A stretch of DNA of 64,000 nucleotides, from IMG/VR virus record IMGVR_UViG_3300005095_000072, positions 32,001 to 96,000 of that record; one strand, written 5' to 3'. Below the pieces are notes generated by a model. It was not told the origin of the DNA, searched no databases, and saw only the letters and a list, made by a program, of their open reading frames with translations. This document shows, in pieces, positions 1 to 9,508 of the stretch. Source of the stretch: a virus. The translations under genes were made by a program, and so were the position numbers. Numbering within the stretch: position 1 is the stretch's first letter; every line of letters starts with the position of its first letter.

Positions 1-2
1 TC

Positions 3-581
3 GAGAAAAAATCATCTCCAAAAGCTGAGGTAAAACCTGTTGCTAAAGAGATAGACCCTGATGAGTGGGATAAGGAAAGTGGAAAACTTCTCTTAGAAGC
101 TGAAGCAGAGGGGCAAGATAGTCCAGACTTCCTTTATGAGAGTTATCGTCATGTTGAGTTTTGGGTATATTCAATCCAAAGAGCTACAAAGGCTCAGAGA
201 GTAGAATATATAAAAGCAAAGCTCAAAAAAGAGGGTAAAAATAGTCCATTTGGATTAATGTTATCTTCTTATAAAAGAGGTAACAAAATCAATCTTGATA
301 GAGCGAAGCTCATCGATATGGTTTTAGTTGATAGAGTGCAAGAAGGTAAAAGAGTCAAAAAGCTAAATGTTGCTAAAATCATGGAAGAGCTTGATAAGCT
401 TAAAGGTAGAAGTAGAAGCAAAATCAAGAGAGAAGAGTATGAAAGACTTATTCATCTTGTTCCTGATGACGGTATCGATGGTTTTCAAGGTTGGGCTTTC
501 TATATGATAAGTGGAGAGTTTTACAGAGATATAGGTCTTAAGCTTACAACTAAAGAGCTTGAAGCTTTTGATTTATATTAA
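3..581 (+). CDS. hypothetical protein, 5'-truncated by the window edge
   Basis: The frame of ORF 258..581 stays open back to position 3 (EKKSSPKAEVKPVAKEIDPDEWD...). No family motif. Confidence 0.7.
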   Translation, partial: EKKSSPKAEVKPVAKEIDPDEWDKESGKLLLEAEAEGQDSPDFLYESYRHVEFWVYSIQRATKAQRVEYIKAKLKKEGKNSPFGLMLSSYKRGNKINLDRAKLIDMVLVDRVQEGKRVKKLNVAKIMEELDKLKGRSRSKIKREEYERLIHLVPDDGIDGFQGWAFYMISGEFYRDIGLKLTTKELEAFDLY

Positions 582-650
582 GATATAAGGCTAGGGAGCT
601 AGTCTTATAAAGGATATTTTCAATATTCTAAAAATTCTAAGGAGTAAATC

Positions 651-1289
651 ATGAGTTTAAAAGTTAGAAAGTTAGGTGACTATGGTTGGGCTGTATATAA
701 AGATAGTAAAGTAGAATTTACTGTTAATGGTTTAACTGACCTAGTAGATAATCTAAGGAATATAGGGTTAGAGGATAAAGCAATAAACTCTATGATAGAT
801 GAAGCTAACCTATTTGCTAATAAATGGTATATGGGTATAGATTTAGAGTCAGATGGAGTTTATCCTGATGAACCTACCTATGTTGATTGGATATATGAAT
901 ATGAGAAGTTTAATGATAAGTTCGGCTATAAAGATTGGAGAGAGCTTAGGTTAGCTTTAGCAAAAACTGACTATAGTAAGCTGTCTGATATAGAAAAACA
1001 AGCTTATGGAAAGTGGGAAGTCTATGAAATAGAGGAGAAAACTGCTACAGCTTGTTTTGGCTGTGTTAAAAGTATGGCTAAGGTTGTTAGTTTAGGAAAT
1101 ATGCAAAAAGTTATAAGCTCCATCCCTAAAGAGTATCATAGCTTACCTGTAACATTGGATTTGGATAGAGATTACACTTGGAGTGAAGTAGAGAGAATCT
1201 TTGTAGTTTCTAAGGGGGATTTAGAATTAAATGAATGTAGTTTCTTTATGTATGAAGGCTGTCAAGTTATCATTGAAGGAGGTGCATAA
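651..1289 (+). CDS. hypothetical protein
   Basis: 212 aa ORF with AAGGAG SD; followed by a terminator. Confidence 0.75.
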   Translation: MSLKVRKLGDYGWAVYKDSKVEFTVNGLTDLVDNLRNIGLEDKAINSMIDEANLFANKWYMGIDLESDGVYPDEPTYVDWIYEYEKFNDKFGYKDWRELRLALAKTDYSKLSDIEKQAYGKWEVYEIEEKTATACFGCVKSMAKVVSLGNMQKVISSIPKEYHSLPVTLDLDRDYTWSEVERIFVVSKGDLELNECSFFMYEGCQVIIEGGA

Positions 1290-1294
1290 AGCTT

Positions 1295-1326
1295 AAGGTT
1301 AGATGATTTCTCACCTAACCTTTTTA
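1295..1326 (+). terminator. intrinsic terminator
   Basis: aaggttag-atga-tttc-tcac-ctaacc hairpin followed by a T run. Confidence 0.7.
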
Positions 1327-1352
1327 ATTAGTAAAAGTAGAAAGGAAAAAAG

Positions 1353-1694
1353 ATGTATCAAGTGAAAATAGTTAAAGATTTAAAAACTATAACTTTATTA
1401 GGTAGAACTAAGAAAGATGTACTGCAACAAGTTCAAACACTAAATCTTGCAAGTTTATTTGCAGAACAAAAAGCTGAGGTAAAACCTTTAAAAGTCATTG
1501 TAGAAGCTGAAAGTGATTCTAATGTTACAATGGTTTCTTACATAGATAATAAAGAAAAAGCTAAAGAGTATGTTAAAACTTACGGGTTAGGTGAGATATA
1601 TTCTATTTTAGAGTTTAATAATAAAGTTAAAAAATATCAAAACAATGAAGGTGTAGTTAAATCTGTACAAATATGTAAGGTTAAAAGTTTATAA
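1353..1694 (+). CDS. hypothetical protein
   Basis: 113 aa ORF with AAGGA SD. Confidence 0.7.
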   Translation: MYQVKIVKDLKTITLLGRTKKDVLQQVQTLNLASLFAEQKAEVKPLKVIVEAESDSNVTMVSYIDNKEKAKEYVKTYGLGEIYSILEFNNKVKKYQNNEGVVKSVQICKVKSL

Positions 1695-1748
1695 AAAGAC
1701 TTTGTATAAAATACAGTAGCTAAATAAATAAGAACAGGAGGTATATAT

Positions 1749-3089
1749 GTGGAAGAACTAAAAGAGTTAAAAGTTGGTGAGAAATTTAAGTATCTATCTC
1801 AAGAATACGAGATAGTAGATATAACCGACAGTGGGGTGATGATACAAAGAGTTAAAAGGTTAGATAATGAGTTAGCTATATTTGTTAAGTTCAACTCAGA
1901 GAGATTTTATAAGGTATTTAAAGAGTTCAATATAGAGAACTTAGAAATACCTGATGTAGAGGACGGAGATGATGAAGGCTTAGATGTAGAGCTTGTTAAG
2001 ATGAATGAAGAAACAAAGGAATGGGAAAGTGACCCTTATTTAAAGTTTCTTTTTATGCTACAAAAAAGCAACACGAAGTTAGAAAACAGAAAAGAGGTTA
2101 CGGCTTACTTAAAGGAAGAACTTTTAAAAGATGATGAATTGAAGTTCTATCGTAGGCTAGTTATGGAGTTATGGCTTAGAAGAGCAGGTCTTATAGCTTT
2201 TGACAGAGATATTTTGTATAAGGCTATTGAAAAGGTAAAGAGAAGACCTGAAAGTTACTCCTCTTTAGAGATAGTAAATAATCTTTTAAAGCAGGTAGAT
2301 AAGCACTTAAACAGAGGAGAACCTTTAACACTAAAAGAAGCTAAAGAGCTTGTTAAGTATCTACCTTATGAAGCTGAAGATATAGTAGTCTTAATGCTAG
2401 ATGGATTTGATACAGGTGACGAGTTGTGGCTAACAGATTTAACTGTTGAGAAATTGTTAAAAGAGACATCTCATATAGCAGAACAAAGTAAAGGTGGTTC
2501 AATAAAAGAGCCTGACAATGTATATAATAAAGATAGCAAAATAAAAATTGCTAGAATCAAAAATTTTAAGAAGGAGATAGAAGAGATGGGACTAGAAAGT
2601 TTGTCAGATAAAACAGTAGCAGAAATGCTAAAAGCTTTAGAAGAAGAGGCAGATAAAAGAGGTCTGTTTGAAGATGAAGAATCAGAGGAAACAGAAGATG
2701 AGGGGCTTGAGGAAGAGCTAGACGATGATGAAGATGACGAGGAAATCGAAGAGGAAGCAGAAGATGAAGACTTTGAGCCTTATACAAAAGAGGAGCTTGA
2801 AGAGCTAGAGTTAGATGAACTTATTGAGATAGCAGAAGAAGACTTCGAGTTAAGTGTTCCAAAAAAAGCTAAAAAAGCAAAAGTTATAAAAATGATACTT
2901 GATGCACAAGAAGAAGAGCCTGAAGAGGAAGACATAGAAGATGAGGATGAAGAAGAGCTTGAAATGCCTGATTTTGAGAGTATGTCTTTAAGAGAGCTTA
3001 GAAAAGAAGCTAAAGAAGAGGGGATAGATATAAAAGGTCTATCAAAAGATGAATTGATTGAAGAGCTAAAAGCTTTATATGAAGAGTAG
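1749..3089 (+). CDS. acidic protein with C-terminal Rho-N/HeH-like helical repeats
   Basis: AGGAGG SD and GTG start. D/E tracts separate YTKEELEELELDELIEIAEEDFELSVPKKAKKAKVIKMIL and DFESMSLRELRKEAKEEGIDIKGLSKDELIEELKAL. Confidence 0.65.
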   Translation: MEELKELKVGEKFKYLSQEYEIVDITDSGVMIQRVKRLDNELAIFVKFNSERFYKVFKEFNIENLEIPDVEDGDDEGLDVELVKMNEETKEWESDPYLKFLFMLQKSNTKLENRKEVTAYLKEELLKDDELKFYRRLVMELWLRRAGLIAFDRDILYKAIEKVKRRPESYSSLEIVNNLLKQVDKHLNRGEPLTLKEAKELVKYLPYEAEDIVVLMLDGFDTGDELWLTDLTVEKLLKETSHIAEQSKGGSIKEPDNVYNKDSKIKIARIKNFKKEIEEMGLESLSDKTVAEMLKALEEEADKRGLFEDEESEETEDEGLEEELDDDEDDEEIEEEAEDEDFEPYTKEELEELELDELIEIAEEDFELSVPKKAKKAKVIKMILDAQEEEPEEEDIEDEDEEELEMPDFESMSLRELRKEAKEEGIDIKGLSKDELIEELKALYEE

Positions 3090-3139
3090 CAGATAGTTTA
3101 AAAGGTTAGCAATAGCAGGTATATAAAATGCACAATCAT

Positions 3140-3207
3140 CTCTTAGAGGGATAATCTCCCTCTAAGAGCTTTTACAAAGTTTATTATTTAAATAGATTTT
3201 GTAAAGG
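3140..3207 (+). terminator. hairpin/terminator followed by a second hairpin
   Basis: Perfect 12-bp stem ctcttagaggga/tccctctaagag, then ctttt, which begins a second stem with ...gattttgtaaagg. Confidence 0.65.
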
Positions 3208-3240
3208 AAATATAAATACAAGACGATGAGGTAAAGAACA

Positions 3241-3999
3241 ATGGCTAAGATAGATTTAGATGAATTGAAAAGAATAAGAGAGAAGTATCAAAAACAATTT
3301 ACAGAGCTTAGTGAAGTAATGAAAGCTTTAAAAGAGGATTCAGAGGTTAATTATAACAAAGCTAAAAAAGAGATTGAAAAATATAACAACACTTCTCTAA
3401 CATTAGCTAGTGTTACAGATAGAGTAATTAATAAGCATAAGAACTCTTTAAATGGGTTGAAAGACATACATAATAGTCTGTTTAATATTCAAAAAATAAG
3501 TGAACTGTTTAGAGCTGTGTATATAATAAGAGATACAGAGATATTGTCGGATGCTAAGAATTTATGGGATAATATCTCAGTTGAGTTCTCAGGAGACTTA
3601 GAAGTCGTAGAGCTGTTAAATACAAACACGGCAATAGAAAGAGAGCTGTATTATATCTTTAGAGGGGAGTATAGTAACTATTCCTATATAAGAGCATATA
3701 GTCAAAATTTAGATAATCTTGTTAAGTATATAGATAATCAAATATATGGGTTAAATCGTCTTGATAATCTTATTCAAAAGTTAGAGGGGATTAAGTTCAA
3801 TGAGATGTTTGCTGATGGCTCAGAGGGGAGCACTAATGTAGATGAGTATTCAGTCAGTATGTCAGATATTGATGAAGATGACTATAATACAACTTCATCT
3901 GTTTCTAAACCAAAAGCTAAAAGTAGAGAATCTATAAAGAAAACTAGAAAATCAAGACCTTCTTTAGGTAAAAGATTAAGAAGAGTCAAAGATGAGTAA
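3241..3999 (+). CDS. hypothetical coiled-coil protein with basic C-terminal tail
   Basis: 252 aa ORF with GAGG SD. Confidence 0.7.
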   Translation: MAKIDLDELKRIREKYQKQFTELSEVMKALKEDSEVNYNKAKKEIEKYNNTSLTLASVTDRVINKHKNSLNGLKDIHNSLFNIQKISELFRAVYIIRDTEILSDAKNLWDNISVEFSGDLEVVELLNTNTAIERELYYIFRGEYSNYSYIRAYSQNLDNLVKYIDNQIYGLNRLDNLIQKLEGIKFNEMFADGSEGSTNVDEYSVSMSDIDEDDYNTTSSVSKPKAKSRESIKKTRKSRPSLGKRLRRVKDE

Positions 4000-4001
4000 A
4001 T

Positions 4002-5363
4002 ATGAATAGAACTAATAGAGCTACCTCAGAAGAACTTACTAAGTTATTAGTAGATAAGCTTGTTAAAGAGTTAAAGGAAGGACAGGATTTATTTCTTACA
4101 GGCTCAGGGGGAGTTGGAAAATCATATATAACTAGATTAATTGTTAAAGAGTTCAAAAGTCCAACTATCTTAGGTAGCACTAATCAGTCAGCTTTGAATA
4201 TAAATGGAGCAACTTTACATAAGGTGTTTAAGTTAGAAACCTGCAAAAATATCAAGCAGTTAAAGGCTTATGACAGAGATAAAATAAAGAAGTTACAAGC
4301 TAGATATAACAGAAGTGAAGAGATTGTTAAGGAGTGGCATTTCAGACCTATAAAAGAGGTCTTAAATAAAACAGACTTAATTTTAATAGATGAAATATCC
4401 ATGATAAGTAAAGACACTTTTGATTTGTTTATATACAGACTAAAATCTTTAGCAGATAAGAAAATCCCTATATTGGTTGTAGGGGATTTTTATCAGTTAC
4501 CACCTGTTAATTCAGATTTAGCTTTTCTTAGTAAATATTGGAAATTCAAAACTTATGAGTTAGCAGTTATAAAGAGAACTAATGAAGTTAAGTTCAGTAA
4601 AGCTCAAATTGCGATTAGAGAGGGGAAAAAGTCCAAGCTAGTAAAATCATTAATAGATGTGTTATCTTCTCGTAAAACAGCTCCTAGTGGTGATGCTTTG
4701 AGGTTATATCCTTTAAATAAGCAAGTAAAAGCTTATAATGCTAAGAAGTTAAAAGAGCTTGAAGAGAAATCTAATAATATTGTATATACTTTCAAAACAG
4801 AGTTAGTGTTTAAGGAAGATTATATACCTAATTTTAGGGTGGATAGTTTTATAAACTCTTTACAAGTGAAAGACAGTATTAAGCTAGTAGTAGGAGCTAG
4901 AATATTGTTTATAGCAACTTATGATGGATTATATTACAATGGAGAAAGAGGAACTATCTTAGATATAAACACAGTAACAGGAGTTATAAGAGTTAAAAAA
5001 GATAATGGTAGTATTGTAGAGGTTGAAAGATTTATATTTTCAGATAAAACATATACGGTAGTAGATGGTAAGCTAACTCTTAAAAAAGAAATTGAAGTAT
5101 CTCAGTATCCTATGATATTAGCTTATGCTGTTACTATTCATAAAACACAAGGAATGACTATTGACTCACAAATAGTAATAGATTGTAAAAATTTGTTTGC
5201 TGAAGGACAGTTTTATGTAGCTATATCAAGAGCAACTAGATTAAAGAACATATATTTAAAAGATGTTGATATAAATAAGCATATCAGACCTAATATAAAG
5301 GTAAAGCAGTTTTATAATAAGTTGAAAAAGAATAATCAACTTATAAGGTTGGAGAATTATTAA
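4002..5363 (+). CDS. Pif1/RecD-like SF1B DNA helicase
   Basis: Walker A GSGGVGKS, LIDEISM, GDFYQLPPV, AYAVTIHKTQGMT, GQFYVAISRA. Confidence 0.92.
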   Translation: MNRTNRATSEELTKLLVDKLVKELKEGQDLFLTGSGGVGKSYITRLIVKEFKSPTILGSTNQSALNINGATLHKVFKLETCKNIKQLKAYDRDKIKKLQARYNRSEEIVKEWHFRPIKEVLNKTDLILIDEISMISKDTFDLFIYRLKSLADKKIPILVVGDFYQLPPVNSDLAFLSKYWKFKTYELAVIKRTNEVKFSKAQIAIREGKKSKLVKSLIDVLSSRKTAPSGDALRLYPLNKQVKAYNAKKLKELEEKSNNIVYTFKTELVFKEDYIPNFRVDSFINSLQVKDSIKLVVGARILFIATYDGLYYNGERGTILDINTVTGVIRVKKDNGSIVEVERFIFSDKTYTVVDGKLTLKKEIEVSQYPMILAYAVTIHKTQGMTIDSQIVIDCKNLFAEGQFYVAISRATRLKNIYLKDVDINKHIRPNIKVKQFYNKLKKNNQLIRLENY

Positions 5364-5387
5364 ATATTTTATAAATTGAGGTAAGAA

Positions 5388-5924
5388 ATGAACAAAGAAA
5401 AACAGATACAAGAGTATAAAGATAGAATGAAAAATATAACAACTGTAGCTTCAAGAAGAACTGGTTTAATTCTTGGTTATAGAGTTAGAATGTCTGTTAA
5501 TGGTAAAGAGCATAGAAAATCTTTTAATATAAGTGAATACAATTCAGTTTCATTGGCTTTAGATGAAGCTAAAAAGTATAGAGATAATTTGTTAAGTAAA
5601 AGAAAAACAAGAGAAGCACAGATAAGTAGTAGAACAGGTTATCCTAATATGACCATAAAAATAGATAAAGATAATTATTCTTTATTGGTTGTTTATGGTA
5701 GAGGTAGAGAGAAAGCATTTAGCATAGACCAGTATGGTTATAAAGTTGCTATGATACAAGGAGCTATATGGTTAAAGAACACTTTTAAGAATGTAAAATA
5801 TACAGAAGGATTATGGGATAATTTATCCACTAGAGTTGGTATGCTATATTTGAAAGATAGACTACCTAAAGAAAAATATGATAACATATTAGAAAAGACA
5901 CAGTTCTCTAATTCTGTAATGTAA
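5388..5924 (+). CDS. AP2-like DNA-binding domain protein
   Basis: YRVRMSVNGKEHRKSFNISEYNSVSLALDEAKKYRD and a second unit REKAFSIDQYGYKVAMIQGAIW. No HNH motif. Confidence 0.55.
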   Translation: MNKEKQIQEYKDRMKNITTVASRRTGLILGYRVRMSVNGKEHRKSFNISEYNSVSLALDEAKKYRDNLLSKRKTREAQISSRTGYPNMTIKIDKDNYSLLVVYGRGREKAFSIDQYGYKVAMIQGAIWLKNTFKNVKYTEGLWDNLSTRVGMLYLKDRLPKEKYDNILEKTQFSNSVM

Positions 5925-5986
5925 TTAAAGGTAGAACTGTGTATAATAGTATGTATATTAAAAATAAATCTAAAAAAGGAGAAAGT

Positions 5987-6829
5987 ATGAGTATAAAAAG
6001 AAGAACTAAAAAGAAAGCTAAAGATGAAGAGGTTAAAGAGACTGCAAAAAAGTCATCTTGGAGAAATAAAGCTGAGAAGCTAAAAGAAGCTGAACCTGAG
6101 AAAACAGATATAGAGGTCTATAAGCTCGAAAAGAAAGACCAAAAAGGTAGAATAGGCTTTCCTTTAACAGATGAGAACGGTGATGTAGTGATGATAAAGG
6201 TTGTTTATTTTAAAACTAAGTTCAAGCAAACATTAGCAGATGGAAAGTGGCACTCTTTTGTAGCTCCTGAACATAATCCTGAGTTAATGGCTATGTGTGA
6301 AGCTCATCCTATGTTAGAGAAAAAAGTAGAGAGAGTGACTCCTATAATTGTTTATGAAACAGATAGAAAAGGCAAAGTTATAGGGGATAGCTATGATATT
6401 ATGGCTCTTAAGATAAACAACCCTAGATTAATAGAGTTACAGGAGATAGATGAAGAGGACAATCTTGCAGAAGTTGATGTTAGAGTATCATTGAACCCAT
6501 CTAAAGATGTTAAGTTCCAAGAGATGAGATTCAAAGCTCTTAAAGATTGTCTATGGAGAGATAAGCTAGACACAGAAGAGATAGTTAAAGAGGTCGAAGC
6601 TTATGCAGATAGTGGAAAGCTTGAAAATGTCTTAGCATTTACTTATGATGACGATAAAATAGAAGCACTAGTAAGTGATGAGGAGTATGATGAAGACGAA
6701 GAAGAGTATGAAGATGATGAGGTAACAGAAGAAGACATTGATGAAGAAGAGTATGAAGATGACAATATAGATGATGAAGAAGAGGAAGAACCTGCTCCAA
6801 AGAAAAGAGCTAGAAAGAGAAGGAGGTAA
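5987..6829 (+). CDS. putative single-stranded DNA-binding protein
   Basis: Start moved to ATG 5987 (AAGGAG SD). Beta-rich core, long acidic C-terminal tail, lies among recombination genes. Confidence 0.55.
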   Translation: MSIKRRTKKKAKDEEVKETAKKSSWRNKAEKLKEAEPEKTDIEVYKLEKKDQKGRIGFPLTDENGDVVMIKVVYFKTKFKQTLADGKWHSFVAPEHNPELMAMCEAHPMLEKKVERVTPIIVYETDRKGKVIGDSYDIMALKINNPRLIELQEIDEEDNLAEVDVRVSLNPSKDVKFQEMRFKALKDCLWRDKLDTEEIVKEVEAYADSGKLENVLAFTYDDDKIEALVSDEEYDEDEEEYEDDEVTEEDIDEEEYEDDNIDDEEEEEPAPKKRARKRRR

Positions 6830-6831
6830 TT

Positions 6832-7239
6832 ATGTATCCTTCTGATATTTTTAGAAAAAGTGTCTTTTTAGTTATAGTATTAACTTTTGTGGGGATACCT
6901 TTATATAAGTCAGTAGCAGACAGACCTTTGATAGAGAAATATAGTGAAGGTGTTATGACTAATGTATCTCCTACAAAGCTATCTCATAAAGGTTGGTATT
7001 GGAAAACTTGGGAGGGGTGGATACCTTTAGGTATGACTTCTGATGGTGATGGTAATCCTATGCTTGATAAGTGGTATTTTAGTATAGATAATGTTTCTAA
7101 TCAAAAAGAGATTATATCTTGTATAAGAAACAATAAAAGAGTTAATCTTTACTACACTGATAATATTATAGTTCCATACAAACTAGGAGAAGACCATTTA
7201 GTATATAAATGTGAACCATCAAATAAAGATAAACAGTAG
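6832..7239 (+). CDS. membrane-anchored hypothetical protein
   Basis: N-terminal TM helix (VFLVIVLTFVGIPLY); YSEG...KLSHKGWYWKTWEG motif. Confidence 0.65.
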   Translation: MYPSDIFRKSVFLVIVLTFVGIPLYKSVADRPLIEKYSEGVMTNVSPTKLSHKGWYWKTWEGWIPLGMTSDGDGNPMLDKWYFSIDNVSNQKEIISCIRNNKRVNLYYTDNIIVPYKLGEDHLVYKCEPSNKDKQ

Positions 7240-7315
7240 GGTAAAACCTCTGTTTATCTCACTTAAGTAATTAAGGTTGTATTGTAGTAAGTATAAATTG
7301 TTTAAGTGAGATAAA
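7227..7315 (+). promoter_or_regulatory. overlapping hairpins covering the endo VII RBS
   Basis: 7227-7236 pairs with 7250-7259. 7253-7272 pairs with 7296-7315 (20 bp, 2 G-U) and ends at ATG 7316. Confidence 0.65.
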
Positions 7316-7936
7316 ATGGGTAAAGAACAGCAAAAGATACAGCTTAAAAGATTAAGGAAATTAAAACCTCTAGGAAATCAAGCACAGAGAGATTTTAAGT
7401 ATCCTTTGTATCAAATGTCAAATAAAGATATTAAAGAGGTTAGAGAGCTGTTATATGAAGAACAAAAAGGTATATGTCCTATATGTGAATATAAGATTGA
7501 TAAGAGTATAGCAGTATTAGACCATCTTCATAAAGAGAAAGGACAAGTAAATGGAGAAGATGGAGCAGGTGCTATCAGACAAATGCTCTGTTTTCAATGC
7601 AATTCTCTTGATGGCAAATTGTTAAAACAGTTTCAAAGGTCAGGGCTTAAGAAGTATATAAAGTTCGACCATTGGGTGGAAAATTATTTAAGATATATAA
7701 GAAAAAAACCTAAATTGATAAAAGGAAAGTTATATATCCACCCAACAGAAAAAGAAGATGATTTATATATGGGGAAACAGTTATTCAATAAATTAAATAA
7801 ACTGTATAAAGAAAAATATCCTAATAGAAAACCTTTAGAAGTACCTAAAAGTATAAAAACTAGAGGAAAGTTTAGGGGTAAATGGAAGATAACTAAAAAG
7901 TGGGAAGATTTGTTAAAGGAGTTCAACCTTGAATAA
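7316..7936 (+). CDS. recombination endonuclease VII-like Holliday junction resolvase
   Basis: EQKGICPICE...VLDHLH...GAIRQMLCFQCNSLDGK matches the endo VII zinc/His-Me pattern. Confidence 0.85.
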   Translation: MGKEQQKIQLKRLRKLKPLGNQAQRDFKYPLYQMSNKDIKEVRELLYEEQKGICPICEYKIDKSIAVLDHLHKEKGQVNGEDGAGAIRQMLCFQCNSLDGKLLKQFQRSGLKKYIKFDHWVENYLRYIRKKPKLIKGKLYIHPTEKEDDLYMGKQLFNKLNKLYKEKYPNRKPLEVPKSIKTRGKFRGKWKITKKWEDLLKEFNLE

Positions 7937-8114
7937 AGGATTGATTATTTTAAGAAAGTACGATAAAGTTACAAAAGGTGGCAAAAATAAAAGAGTTATT
8001 TTCTTATGCAGACAGTGTAAAGAAAAAGTAGATATGAATTACACTTGGTATAAGAAGTATGTAGAAAAAGAGCAGTTGTGTAGAAATTGTCAAAAGAAGA
8101 ACAAGGAGAAATAA
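7929..8114 (+). CDS. small zinc-ribbon protein
   Basis: CRQC...CRNC, 61 aa, overlapping both neighbours. Confidence 0.5.
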   Translation: MNKGLIILRKYDKVTKGGKNKRVIFLCRQCKEKVDMNYTWYKKYVEKEQLCRNCQKKNKEK

Positions 8115-8116
8115 AG

Positions 8117-9508
8117 ATGGGTAAAGGTTTCACTAAAGATATAATAAAACAAATACAAACTAAGTTCGGAAAAGAAAATGAAGATATAATATACAACCCT
8201 GATAAACCTATTGATTCTGTTTCTAGTGGCTCAGTAGTAGCTGATATGATAGTAAGAGACAAAGGTGATGGAGGGCTGTTAATAAAAGGTAGAATGACCG
8301 AGATATTTGGACCTGAGTCTAGCGGAAAAACCACCTTTGCTTTGCAGTCCATAGTTCAAGCACAAGAAAAAGGGTGGGTAGGGGCTTTCTTAGATTATGA
8401 ACAAACTTTTGATTATGATTATGCAAGAGCTTTAGGAGTTAAGATTGATGATAGCTTAATAGTTATTCAACCTGACGATGCAGAACAAGGAGAGAAAGTC
8501 CTTAATTACCTTGTAGGAGTAGGTAAAGATAATAAATTCCTTAAAAACCCACCTGTAGAGCTTGATTATCTTATAATAGATAGTATCGCCGCTTGTGCAC
8601 CTCGTAAGCTTATAGCTATTGAAAATTCAACAGGAGAAGGAGGAACTAAAGCCCTCCACGCCGCCTATTGGAGTAACTTTATAAGAAAACTAAACAGTAT
8701 CGCTAAGAAAAGGAAGATAGCTATATATCTAACTAATCAAGTTCGTAATAAGTTTAGTATGGGAGGGCAATTCCAAGCACAAGCTATGAAAGACACAGGT
8801 ATAGGAGCAGGGTTTAGTCAAGATGCAGGTTGGACTACAACAGGAGGACAAGCTGTAAGGTTTTATATGTCTGTGAGAAATCTTGTTTATCAAGCTAAGA
8901 AGTTAAAAGAAGTTAGAGAAGTGAACGGTGTTGAAAAAGATGTTGATGAAGCTATGTGGGTAGAGTTCAAAAATGTTAAAAATAAAATATCAGCACCTTT
9001 TAGAAAAGGTAGAGTAGTTATAAGATATGGACAAGGAACTGATGATTTACCTCCTATATTAGATTATCTGAAAGCAAATAAAGTTATTGTTACAAGTGGA
9101 GCTAAATATGTTTATAACTCATTAGATGGTAATCTTGACATAGAAGCTATAGGGGAAAAGAAGTTCAAAAAGTTAATAACTGATGAAGTATTTGAAGATA
9201 TGAAAGAACAGTATAAGCAGTTAAAAGCTATGGAGAACCCATTTGAAAATATAGATGAAGATATGAAAGCATTTATAACTGATGAAGACGAAGAAGAGTT
9301 AGATGATAGCATAGAGTTTGAGGAAGTTGACACCAACGAAGAAAATACAGATTTTGGAGAGGAAGATATACCTTTGAAAGATATGAATATAAAACAACTT
9401 GAAGCTCTTGTAGAAGAACTAAAAGAAGAGGATGGTATAGAAATTAAAATTAAAGGTAAAAAAACTAAAGCAAAATTGGTAAAGGAACTTTCAAAGTATT
9501 ATGAGTAA
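8117..9508 (+). CDS. recA: RecA/UvsX-family recombinase with acidic linker and HeH-like tail
   Basis: EIFGPESSGKTT, FLDYEQ, IIDSIAA, LTNQVR, TTTGGQAVRFY, KNKISAPF. Start at ATG 8117 after AAGGAG. Confidence 0.93.
   Translation: MGKGFTKDIIKQIQTKFGKENEDIIYNPDKPIDSVSSGSVVADMIVRDKGDGGLLIKGRMTEIFGPESSGKTTFALQSIVQAQEKGWVGAFLDYEQTFDYDYARALGVKIDDSLIVIQPDDAEQGEKVLNYLVGVGKDNKFLKNPPVELDYLIIDSIAACAPRKLIAIENSTGEGGTKALHAAYWSNFIRKLNSIAKKRKIAIYLTNQVRNKFSMGGQFQAQAMKDTGIGAGFSQDAGWTTTGGQAVRFYMSVRNLVYQAKKLKEVREVNGVEKDVDEAMWVEFKNVKNKISAPFRKGRVVIRYGQGTDDLPPILDYLKANKVIVTSGAKYVYNSLDGNLDIEAIGEKKFKKLITDEVFEDMKEQYKQLKAMENPFENIDEDMKAFITDEDEEELDDSIEFEEVDTNEENTDFGEEDIPLKDMNIKQLEALVEELKEEDGIEIKIKGKKTKAKLVKELSKYYE

Noticed and set aside
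2660-2960. GAA/GAT-rich stretches (also 6680-6790) as tandem repeats or CRISPR
   Set aside because: They encode Asp/Glu tracts. No constant repeat-spacer periodicity was seen anywhere in the window.
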